64,000 nucleotides of DNA from Eledone cirrhosa. Its lineage: Eukaryota. The first letter of the stretch is position 1, and every line of letters begins with the position of its first letter. The stretch is from the NCBI GenBank assembly GCA_964016885.1, contig OZ024754.1, positions 35,774,001 to 35,838,000 on the forward strand, given 5' to 3'. Position numbers and translations under genes: made by a program. Shown here piece after piece: positions 27,601 through 40,800 of the stretch. The notes beneath the pieces are model-generated. The model was not told the origin of the DNA. It saw only the letters and a program-made list of their open reading frames with translations, and made no database searches.

Positions 27601-30600
27601 TGTTTGATTGCCTCTCCTTATTGAATGTTTTAGTGCGGAGCAGCTACAAGGGTCCTAGTAGTAGTAGTGGTGATGAAGAAGCAGATCCGAAGAGTGATGA
27701 TGATGATACAGGTCGTGCTGACAGCGATGATGATGATGACGAAGGGTTCAGTGCAGTTAAGCTAACAGCCAAATTGAAAGCTAAACTGCAAAAGGTATCT
27801 TTTTTTTTCTTTTTACTTAACATATTTCTTTGTGTATAATGTATCTTGAGTATTACACTACCTGTTTCCTTAAAAACACCAGAATAAATTATATTCTTGA
27901 GTATTACACTACTTCTGTTTTCTGAAGCTAAAAAATACAAGAATAAATCATATTCTTGAGTATTACACTACCCGTTTCCTTAATCTAAAAAATACCAGAA
28001 TAAATTATATTCTTGAGTATTATACTACCCCTGTTTCCTGAAGCTAAAAAATATAAGAATAGATTATATTCTTGAGTATTATACTATCCCTGTTTCCTGA
28101 AACTAAAAAATACAAGAATAGATTATATTCTTGAGTATTAAACTACCTCTGTTTCCTTAATCTAAAAAATACAAGAATAGATTATATTCTTGAGTATTAA
28201 ACTACCTCTGTTTCCTGAAGCTAAGGAATACAAGAACAAATTATAATGATCTCCTTGAGCTTCACAGTGAAACCCAGCGCCTCGTTAGACGTATGTGTTC
28301 TATATTGTGTATTTTTGTGTATCTCTGTCAGAGAAGTATAATATGACCCCAGAGTACAACCTTATCTATGTAAACTTTTTAGTAAACTTTTACTATGCTA
28401 ATTAACAAAATCTCCATCTAATACATATTTAACTACAATATTCAAATTCCCATGATTTTAAGGAATGTAAAATTGCTCAATGTTTATCAGATACTCTCAT
28501 GGAATGGCCTAATGAGTTTTATTTTTCAACATAGTCCTGGAAAGAATACAATTATTGCTAAAGAGTTAAAATTAATGCATGCAAGATTTCACAGCTCTAG
28601 CATCACTCCTTCATAATCAGCCTATGAACATTTCAGCCTACACTTGTAGCTAATTTTATTTTTGCTTAGTTAATCTTTGGAGCATAACTTATGAAAGCTT
28701 CTTACATGAAATTATGATGGCAGGTTTTTTTAACATATAATTTTGTATCATAGAGGCACATGGCTTAGTGGTTAGAGCATTGGCCTTGCAATCGAAAGGT
28801 TGTGAGTTCAATTCTCAGACCGGGTGATGTGTTGTTTCCTTGAGCAAGACACTTTATTTCACATTGCTTCAGTTTACTCAGCTGTAGAAATGAGATGATA
28901 GGGACTGGGGTCCCTATCATTCCACTGCAAAGTGGTCGTGGAGGTGCCACGGCAAAAAAGCACCCAGCACTCACTGTAAATGAGGTTGGTGTTAGGAAGG
29001 GCATCCAGCTGTAGAAATCGAGCCAGAATCAGTTCCCGTCCCACCCTTGCAGGCAGGGAAAAAGTGACGTAAAATGAAATGATGATGATGATGATCATAA
29101 CACCTGGGGTGGATTGTTATCAAAAGTTTTAATCTTACCCCTTTACATATGTTTGCGGTTTTGCCGAACTATATTCCCTGTTGTAGTCATCATCATCATC
29201 ATCATCAACGTTTAACGTCCGTGTTCCACGCTTGCATGGGTTTGGACGGGGGTAGTCCCACTTGAGGCAAGAGTGATTGTCTTGCTCGCATAGGACTGTC
29301 TGGCAGGTTTTCTACAGTTGGATGCCCTTCCTAACACCAACCACATTTACAGTGTGGGTCTGGGAGGTTTTTACCGTGTTGCCTACACGGCCACATTACA
29401 GCGTGGACTGTGTGTTTTTTGTCGTGACACCTACACGATCTCATTTGTTTCGGCCTGGATGGCGCGGCACCAACAGTCAAAGGTATTAAATCAAGATTTA
29501 TTCTCATTTGTCAGGGTGCTGCCAAAAAACCACGGAAAGAAAGAGCATCAAAGACCAAGGCAAATAATGATCTCCTTGAGCTTCACAGTGAAACCCAGCG
29601 CCTCGTTAGACGTATGTGTTCTATATTGTGTATTTTTTGTGTATCTCTGTCAGAGAAGTAACACTATCTTGTAGGAGAAGGATGATTAACCCTTTAGCAT
29701 TTAAACCAGCCATATCTGGCCAGAATTCTCTCACCTCTTTCTGTTCAAACCAGCTGTAACCGGCTGTTCATACTGATGTTAAGGTATTGTTCTCAAAATA
29801 AATAATATCAAAATCTCATAGATTCAATATTATGTGATGTAAAGCCTTTACTACAAAAATACAATAGTATATATAGAGTAATGTAAATGTTAAAGGGTTA
29901 ATTAGTTGTGTCGGTAAATATCCGAGTGTGCATTGGGAGGGTGGTTAACTATTTTCTATGTATGCATTGGTACATGAGATGGGACAGGGCATTTTTAGTG
30001 GGTGTATATATATTTTTTCTTGTTCTGTTGGCTGGTTTGTGGGTGACTAAAAGGTTTGGTGTTAAGGACATTTGGTGTTGAGGACATTCAGCTGTAAAAA
30101 TACTGCCTCAAAATGTCTCGTCCAACCCATTCCAGCATGGAAAGGTGACTAGAAATGACAAAACTCAAACGCATTACACATCCATGCACATTACTCATTC
30201 ACACACATAATAGCACTGATCAAGTTACGTGAGAATCAGAATGGTTTTTACCATGTAAAAGACATAGACAAAGCATACACACACACACACACACACCTCC
30301 CCATTTACATATGTAGAGTGTAGGATATCCAGAAATTAGTTGAATACGCTTTCCCTCCGTCTCTCACCTGACCGCACACATAGTACCTCAATTTTATTAA
30401 ACTATTTTCTTCCATTACAGAATCTAATGTCAACATTCCATACCATCAGCCAGTCTCTAAGTCTCTCAACGACTTTCTCAATCGTGCAGCTCGCAAACAG
30501 CAACAATACCGGGCTTTGCAGTCAGGTACTGCTAATGAAAAACTGTAAGTATATTACTTAATGTTAATATATAGCGTGGTATGCTTATGTGTGGAGATTC

Positions 30601-33600
30601 TATAAAATAGCTTATAGACCCTGAGACGGAAAAGGAGTTGCCATTGACTGCTATAAGAAATCAAACCCCATATCTCTTTGATAGCGCCTAGACAGTATCT
30701 GGGAGATACAGGGTTTCGATTCCTCGTAGTAACAGGTGGACATTTCTTTTTTCCTCTTTAACCGTTTAGTATTTAAACCGGCTGTATCCGGCCAGAATTC
30801 TCTCACCTCTTTCTGTTCAAACCGGCTGTAACCGGCTACTAATACTTATGTTAGGGTATTGTTCTCAAAATAAATATCAAAATCTCATAGATTTAATATT
30901 ATGTGAGGTAAAGCCTTTACCATGAAAATACAACAGTATATATAGAATAATGTAAATGCTAAAGGATTAAAACAATGTTTGCTTCATTTAATGTCTTATT
31001 AAAATTAGGGTGGCAGGGATTGCCGATAAAATATAGAGATGGGTTACCTATAGTTTGGGAACCACTGTTCTAGACATGGCATCATCATTGTCATGACCGT
31101 TTTACGTCCGTTCTTCGACACTAGCATGGGTTAGACGGGTTGTCCTGTTGTAGGCAGTAGCCGGTCGGCTGACCTTGTCTAGCTCATACGGGAACTGATT
31201 CTGGCTTGATTTCTACAGCTGGATGCCCTTCCTAACACCAACCTTATTTACAGTGAGTGCTGGGTGCTTTTTTTTCCGTGGCACCTCCACATCCACTTTA
31301 CAGTATGGGCTGGGTGCTTTTTTGCAATGGGGGCATATTGTCTATATGCTTCAACTTGGGCTTGTACCCGTAGAAGGTCGGGTCTTCTGTATGTGAATAC
31401 TGTATTGAGAAACAAGTTTACCAAATTATAATTTATTTACTGTCTCTATATTAATTATTATTTCAACATGTTTTGCCTTTATGCAAAGCTACACAATTTT
31501 AACTATAAAATAGTTGAAAATAACTCGGAAACAGAATTCATTTTTACGGGGTTGATGAAATGAAGTACCAGTAATGCATTGGGGTTGATTTAATCAACTT
31601 TCCTCTTCCCCCAAAATTGCTGGCCTTGTGTTTAAATCAGAAACCATTATTTTTACTGAGTTCAAATCCTGCCGAGGTTGACTTTGTCTTTCACCCTTAC
31701 GGGGTCGATAAAATAAAGTACCAGTAATGCACTGGGTAATTGCTGGCCTTGTGCCTAAAGTAGAAACAATTATTTTTATTTTTGTTTTATTTATTCATTT
31801 ATTTTCTTTTTCAGTTGGTCTTGTTGTTTTGTTAACTTATTTCTCTTGTTTTGTTTGACAGTAAAGTAAAGTTTGTTGAAGAAACCATTAAGAATGATTC
31901 CATTCTGTTCAAATCTGTCACCTACGCTGAGAACATAGACTCATTGATGAAAGAAGCCAATTCTGTTGATGATGGTAGAACTGGGAATGGTGAGCTACCT
32001 AACACCTCTGCTGGGGATAATATACCATCCCAGGATGTTTATCCCCTGACTCGTATCGACACAGTAAATATAGAAGGTTCGACAAATGAGAAAGGTGGAA
32101 AATCTACAGTTTGTGATGATGACAATGATGATGAACTAAATGAGTTGCCAGACCTTTATGTCAGGGCCCAAAATCTGTTATCTAAGGCTACACCTACCAA
32201 CAATAACCAACTTCCTGTTAACCCTCTTGATTCAGAAAAAGATTTGTCTGGCAGCGATAGACTGAGCTTGGTGGATAAAGTTATAGAAGAAAAGGAAAAG
32301 GTAGATGGTAACACCAGAAATGAAGATGGTGGTGGTGTTGGTGCTATTAGAGGAGAACAAGATACTTCAGGTAAGAAGACAATGGACAGCGTTAATGCCA
32401 ACAGTTCAAGTTGGGTTGTCGACAATAATGGTCTAATGCAGACTGATGACCCTTTCATGGATGAGTTGTTGTGTTCAGACCTTCACAGCCAGGCCCAGAT
32501 GGAGCATACTTCGATTTCTCAATCACAATCTCAAATCCTGCTTCCTGCTGAGTTAGTTACAGCCACAGCAGCAACAACAAAAACGTCTGTAGTAGTAGCA
32601 GCAGCAGCAACACCAACAATATCAGCTGTAGAAGCAGCAGCAGCAGCAACATCATCATCATCTGTAGTAGCAGCAGAGACATCATCATCAACATCAGTGG
32701 CAGCGACATCAACATCAGTAACAGGATCATCATTAGACACAGAGATTCTGCCAAATGGGAGAGGGACTACCAGCCAAAAACCTCTAAGGAGACTACCTTT
32801 AGAATTGCTCAGTCCCGATGTTTGCAGCTTCACTCCAAAACTGAGTGGTAGTTTGAAAAAATCTATTAATTTAGATGATGATGATGATGAAGAAGAACCA
32901 GCTCATGGTACTGATCTGCTCATGCAACGACTGTTGAAGCATACCAACATGAAGAAATCACAGAAGCAGAACAGACAGGTGAACATCAGGTAAATTTAAT
33001 TTTTTAAAATTTATTTTAAGAGGGTGTTGTAACTTGATTAAAGCATTGTTTAAAGCAGGCATGTCAAACATGCGGCTCTTTACAAGCACACATGCGGCTC
33101 TTTACAAGCACACATGCGGCTCTTTACAAGCACACATGCGGATCTTTACAAGCACACATGCGGCTCTTTACAAGCACACATGCGGCTTTTTACAAGCACA
33201 CATGCGGCTTTTTACAAGCACACATGCGGCTTTTTACAAGCATACATGCGGCTCTTTACAAGCATACATGCGGCTCTTTACAAGCACACATGCGGCTCTT
33301 TACAAGCACACATGCGGCTCTTTACAAGCACACATGCGGCTCTTTACAAGCACACATGCGGCTCTTTACAAGCACACATGCGGCTTTTTACAAGCACACC
33401 TGCGGCCCTTTACAAGCACACATGCGGCTTTTTACAAGCACACATGCGGCTTTTTACAAGCACACCTGCGGCCCTTTACAAGCACACCTGCGGCCCTTTA
33501 CAAGCACACCTGCGGCCCTTTACAAGCACACCTGCGGCCCTTTACAAGCACACCTGCGGCCCTTTACAAGCACACCTGCGGCCCTTTACAAGCACACCTG

Positions 33601-35778
33601 CGGCTCTTTACAAGCACACATGCGGCTCTTTACAAGCACACATGCGGCCCTTTACAAGCACACATGCGGCCCTTTACAAGCACACATGCGGCCCTTTACA
33701 AGCACACATGCGGCTCTTTACAAGCATACCTGCGGCTCTTTACAAGCACACATGCGGCTCTTTACAAGCACACATGCGGCTCTTTACAAGCACACCTGCG
33801 GCCCGCACAAAGGTTTTTACAGCACGAGCATATTTTATCTTCGTAATATAAAATTTAAAAATGTGTTGTAATGTCCGCAATTAGTTGTCATGTGTGGCCC
33901 TCAGACAATATATACAACCCATGTGGCCCTCGGCGGACTCTCAGTTTGACATGCCTGGTTTAAAGTGTAAAAAATTGTTTTATTAGAAGGCTAGAGCAAT
34001 GTAGATAGGTGATTAAATGTTAAAAATAATAACAAAGATGTTGGAATGTTAACAGAGTTGTTTAATAGTCCTGATATATTTCGGGATAAGTTCCCTTCAT
34101 CAAAAGTCATTGAGGAAAGTAATTCAGAGCATGATATTTTGTGTCATTTTTATATCGGCTGCATCACGGTTTCGAGAATTACTATCCCTTGGCTTTTTTC
34201 TCACACTTGGGTGGCACAAACCTGACTTTTTAGCTCTACAAAAGAGTTACATTCCTTTCCACATATGCTGCAGTGAAAGAAAAAAATGGCCGTGCTCACG
34301 TGACACACACACACACACACATTCATACACATACATTCACATACACATTCACAAACACATGCACACTCTCATACACACTGTATTCCTGGTTCATTTCTAT
34401 TTGCAGTATTGTTGAGAAAGAATGTGATGTTAACCAAAGGGATAATCTAAAGTTGACCGTTGTAAACTATCAGATGGACCAAACTGACCTCCAACTAAAT
34501 GATGACCTCCACTTGGACAGACCTGGTAGTTATATTTATTTTATTTGATTATTTTGTTGATTTTCAGAGTTGTTGATTGGACAAAGGCTTTTTACATTTG
34601 ATCACCAAATATTTTAGCTACTGGTCTCTCACCTCGTTTACATTTATCTTATCCCAGGATCAAAGCTGATGGCTCTGAAGAATCGTCTTGCAAAGCAGAT
34701 TCAGGTCAAACGAGGAGAAAGTAGACAGAAGAGATGTGAGCTCTATAAGATGGACAATGAAGAGGTGGATGATATCTTGAACGATGGTGATGAGGAAGCT
34801 GAGCTGACAGATGGCGCTGATTCTGTAGACTCTGCAGAGGAAGGAGAGGAGGAGGAGGAAGAAGAAGAATATGATGATAGTGAGGAAGAAATTCAAAATT
34901 ACAAAGAAAAACGGAGACCTGTGAGTACAAATTATTTTTTCTATTCTTTAGCTCCCTCATCTGTCCTAATTAACCCTCATCTGTCCTAATTAACCCTCAT
35001 CTGTACTAATTAACCTTCATCAGCCCTAATTAACCTTCATCAGCCCTAATTAACCTTCATCAGCCCTAATTAACCTTCATCAGTCCTAATTAACCTTCAT
35101 CAGTCCTAATTAACCTTCATCAGTCCTAATTAACCTTCATCAGTCCTAATTAACCTTCATCAGCCCTAATTAAACCTTAAAAGAAATGATCGACTTTCGT
35201 CAAATCGGACCGAGGAAACAATGTTTCCGTTGGTCTTTCCAATTGCTAATACTATCTATCGGTCGCAACTCCAGGTAGAAGGAGCAACGTAAAGCAAAGT
35301 AAAGTGTCTTGCTCAAGGACATAACGCATCACCTGGTCCAGGAATCGAACTCACAACCTCACGATTGTGAATCCAATTCTATAACCACTCAGCCACACGC
35401 CTTCACCAATTAAACCTTATCTGTCCTAATTAACCCTCGTCTGCATTAATTAAACCTTTATCAATTTTTCCATGCTAGCATGAGTTAGACAAGTTGTCTC
35501 ATGAGACAATCCAGGTCATCTGACTGTCTTGCTCTTACAGAACTAACTCTGGTTTGGTTTCTACAGATGGATGTCCTTTATAATGCCAACCATATTTAGA
35601 GTGTGGACTGGATGTTTTTTATCATGGCACCAAAATGACCACTTTAGTGTTGTCTGGCCACTTCATTGTTGTTACACCATATATATATTTATTTATATCT
35701 ATATATATATATATATATATATATCAAATATAGAAATGGCTTCTACAGGACTAGAACTGTTTCGTTTGAAGAAAATCA

Positions 35779-35834
<56 letters not shown>

Positions 35835-37821
35835 AATTTAATATAGAAATGGCTTCTACAGGACTAGAACTGTTTCGTTTGAAGAAAATCAATTTATTTA
35901 TATCTATATATCTATATATATATATATATATCAAATTTAATATAGAAATGGCTTCTACAGGACTAGAACTGTTTCGTTTGAAGAAAATCATCAGGAAATT
36001 TGATGTTTACTCTCTACTAATGTATTAAGTACCTTACTTACTGTGGTTACCCCCAATTAAACCCGGGACTCTCATATATCACCATCATAATTTTGGCATT
36101 AATATACTGGTTGGATGCCCTTCCTATCACCAGCACCACTTCACAGCATGGACTGGGTGCTTTTATTCGTGCCACTAGCACTAGCACTAGAGAGGTTGTT
36201 TTACTGGACTCAAGGGCCCTCTCCACCCCATACTTTGGCATGGTTTTTTAATGCCTGAATGCTATTACATATATACACAATGTGTATGTGTTTTTAAATA
36301 GGCTTCTGTATAGTTTCTGCTTCTCAAATTCTATTAGTCACAACACATTGGTTAACCCCAAGTTATCATAGAAGACACTTACACAAGGTGTTATACAATG
36401 GGACTGGACCTGGTACCATGCGGTTGTGAAGCAAACATCTTCCCCACACAACCTACAGTCAGAAAAGGTTAAAGTGTTCTTTTTTTCATTTTATTTTTGT
36501 TTTTAGAAAAATGACTTTGTTGATGAAGAAGCTGAAGATGATGATGATGAAGAAGACGATAACAGTGAAGATGATGATGATGATGATGATGATGATGGTG
36601 GAGAGTTGTTTGAGAGTGAGGAGACAGAGAAAGACAGAATAATCAAGAAGGACAGCAACAAGGGCAATGATGGTGAAGAAGTTACTTTCAACTTCAATCT
36701 TGATCAATCTGATGAAGATTCTGATGGTAAGTGATATCACCATCATATCACCTAACATTGGCGTCACCATTTCCAACGCTGACGTCACCCTTCTGATACT
36801 GGCGTCCCCCTGCCGACCCTGGTGTCCCCCTACTGACCCTGGCGTCCCCCTGCCGACCCTGGCGTCCCCCTGCCGACCCTGGTGTCCCCCTGCTGACCCT
36901 GGCGTCCCCCTGGCATCCTGCTTCCGACCCTGGCTTCCCCGCTTCCAACCCTGGTGTCGCCTTTCTGACACAGGCTTCCCCCTTTCGACCTTGGTGTCGT
37001 GCTTCTGACACTGGTATGTCTTCAAGATGGAGGCCCCCACCTTTGGAGTTCAAGTCCCTTAACACCACATGAAACTGATAAGTCAGCCTAATGAGCTTCT
37101 AAGCTAAAAATTACATTTTTATATGTTTGTCTTTTACTAAACAATAGCATAAAGAAGACATGAGGAGCGGCTTTTAATAGGCCCCTCCTTTGTTCATGGC
37201 TTACCATGGTTTTTCCCTCGGAAAGTTCCACTCCAAGGCATAAGCAGTCACCCATGTATGCCAGTCTCCCTTCTCCCTCCACATCAGTGATATAGCTGGG
37301 CACTATTGATATCACGACTCATACTTTATATGACCACTATATGCACACTCTATATACTATATATACGCTATATATATATATATCATCATTCATCATCATC
37401 ATTTCATTTTACGTCCGCTTTTCCCTGCTTGCAAGGGTGGGACGGGAACTGATTCTGGCTTGATTTCTACAGCTGGATGCCCTTCCTAACACCAACCTCA
37501 TTTACAGTGAGTGCTGGGTGCTTTTTTGCCGTGGCACCTACACGACCACTTTGCAGTGGAATGATAAGGACCTCAGTCCCTATCATCTCATTTCTACAGC
37601 TGAGTAAACTGGAGCAATTTGAAATAAAGTGTCTTGCTCAAGGAAACAACACACCACCCGGTCTGAGAATTGAACTCACAACCTTTCGATTGCAAGGCCA
37701 ATGCTCTAACCACTAAGCCATGTGCCTCCATCATATATATATATACTCCATCATATATATATATACTCACTTGAGAGAATGACTATCCCCAAATATATAT
37801 GTACACACACACACACGCATG

Positions 37822-37859
<38 letters not shown>

Positions 37860-40800
37860 CAAATTACAGACGAAACATTGATTCAGCTTGACACCAGAGT
37901 CATTGATTCATTTTGTTCCAGTTGAGTTGACTGGGTTAATGTGAAATAAAGTATCTTGCTCAAGGGCACAACACTACTCAGTCCAGGAATTGAACCCATG
38001 AACTTGCAATCCACCCCATCCTAATTACTAATCCACCCATGCCTTTTAAGTAGGGGGCTAATATTAGAAATATCAAACTGTTGAACTTATGCTTAAATGG
38101 CTTTATTTTCTTCTAATTTTAGTACCAATTAGCCAAAACCTTAGTAAAAAGAGACTTGCTCGTCTTTACGATGATGATGATGATGTGAAGGAGAATGATG
38201 CTGAGGTAGATAAGGATGAGGACATCATGAATGGTCAGTTGATAACAAACAAATCTAATGGTAAGTTTTGTAGTCTTCTATCTTTTTTTTTTTTTTTTAT
38301 TACTAGAATTTTTTTCAACATGGTGCATCTGTGTATATGTGTGTGTGTGTGTATGTGCATATGCATACACGCATGTATGAGTGTCAAACCCATAGCCAGG
38401 TTTTCTGCCAGGTAATGCCATTCGAATATATGTTAAAACATGGGGGTGCCAAAACAAAATAAAGAAATATTGTTTACCTCATGCAAATATTTAAACAAAT
38501 AGAAAGATATTATAAGATGTGTATGTATATTCTCTCTCCTCATATTTGTATATGTATATATGTATGTTGTATATATGTATGTTGTATCTTTGTATATATG
38601 TATTATGTATATTGTATATTGTATATATGTATATTGTATATATGTATATTGTATATATGTATATTGTATATATGTATATTGTATATATGTATGTTGTATA
38701 TATGTATATTGTATATATGCTTTGTCCAAAATACAAGTCAAACTGTATAATATTGTGATATTGTCTTATATAGGCTTATTCTGTGTCATTAATGTTTTAT
38801 TTTGGTTAACTTTGCCGTTCATCCTTACGGGGTCGATAAAATAAAGTACCAGTAATACACTGGGTTATTGCTGGCCTTGTGCCTAACGTAGAAACAATTG
38901 TTTTATTTTGCCGGGTGTGGATTGGCAGTATCGGTAGAGGGTCGGACGCCATGCTTTCCAGCATAGTTACGTCCCTTTACGATCTGAGTTCAAATCCCGC
39001 CGAGGTTGACTTTGCCTTTCATCCTTACGGGGTCGATAAAATAAAGTACCAGTAATGCACTGGGTAATTGGTGGCCTTGTGCCTAAAATAGAAACAATTA
39101 ATGTTTTATTTTGCCTTTACCTGTTGTGTTAATTTTTAAAAATAAAATCTTGTTTGATGGGGATGCCAAAACTAAATTTGCTTTTGATAGGAGATGCCGG
39201 GCATCCTCTTGGCTACAGGCCTGATGAGTGTATAAATATAAATGTGCAGACACACACACAGACATACATTCACACTAATACACATACACTCACACAAATA
39301 CACACATACATTTACACAAAAATGCACACATATTTACACATACAAATCATGGGCGGGGGGTGGTGAGAGCTGACCTCAGATCGCTGAAGCTCACGGAGGA
39401 GATGATGAAGGACCGTGACGAATGGAGAGATGCTGTGCTGAAAAGGACCCGTCCCACCCTTGCAGGCAGGGAAAAGTGGACGTAAACTGAGGATGATGTG
39501 ACGATACACATACACTCACACACGGTGTAGGAAATGGAACACCAGCCACTGTTTTGCTGTAGTTTTTTCACCAGCCCTTTACTTCCATTTACTTACACAC
39601 ACACACACACGTGTGATGGACGGAAGTTCCTCAAATTTATATATAGAGGAGACGTGGTTAAACAGCTCCCAGTCCACGCTGTAATTGAATTGTGGTTGGT
39701 CTTAGTAAGGGCATCCAGTTGTAGAAAACCTGCCAGATACAGTCCTATTTGAGCGAGACACGGTCACCCAATCAATTTTGCCTCAAGTGGGACAATTCCC
39801 ATCTAACCCATGCTAGCATGGAAGATAGACGTTAAATGATGATGATGTATATGTGATGTTCCAGGTTCTAAATGTTAAGGTCTGTGTCCATCCCACCCCT
39901 CTCATAACAGGTCGCAGGCCTATCACTAGTTTTTGCAGCATGAGATGGAGACTGCAATATATTTTTCGAATAAATAGCCTTATTTCCTAGGACCAAGAGT
40001 GGTTTTTGTGTCAATGGAAATGCTAACACTATTTTGTTGTTTATTTTAGATGATGGAAAATCTCTGTTTCCCAAGACACCTTCTGACGTAAGGCTTTTTA
40101 AAACATTTTTCTGTTTAATTTCAAAATTGTACATGTTTTTGTAAGTGACTTAATCTGAGACTGTTGATACTACAGCAATTACCGTATTTCCCAGCGTCGA
40201 AGAGGATACTTTTTTCCTAAAATATGTCTCAAAAATTTACCATGCGTCCTGGAGGCCGAAGGTTGTTTATTGTTTTTTGTTTTTTTTTCAAATTTTTGGT
40301 TGTCAAAATTAGGGTGCGTCCTCGAGGACTAAGCGTCTTTAGCGTCAAGAAATATGGTGCATAAGAGAAGGGTCATTGTAGCCACAGTTTTACTTGTTTG
40401 GAAATTAACTTGACCTGAAACTATGTTGAAACTAAAGTAATTGCATGGTGAAAGAATCATTTTAATTTTCATTCTCGTCATATATCCATTTTCCATTAGG
40501 TTGGATGGGTCAGATAACCAGGTCTTGCTCATATGTTCCCTATTTTAGCATCGTGTCTATAACTGGATGAGCCTTCTTAATGTCAATCTCTTTACAAAAT
40601 ATATTGGATGCATTCATAGTGTCAACATTTTCGCCAGACTTTTTGGAGCACTTACCACTCAAGGATCAAACTTAGAGTAGTGGAGGCCGAAGTTCATAGG
40701 AATAAAGTTTTGAGAAAATGAGATTGGAGCATAAGAATATAAGTTCCATATCATCCATCCATCCATTGATGGAGCTTTAACTCCTGATAGAATTGTAGGT

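Noticed and set aside
30526-30531. Alternative exon 9 donor CAG|gtactg
   Set aside because: Phase 1 is incompatible with exon 10; CT|gtaagt at 30544 fits.
33034-33871. ORFs open in all three frames
   Set aside because: A stop-free 22-bp repeat inside a MITE.
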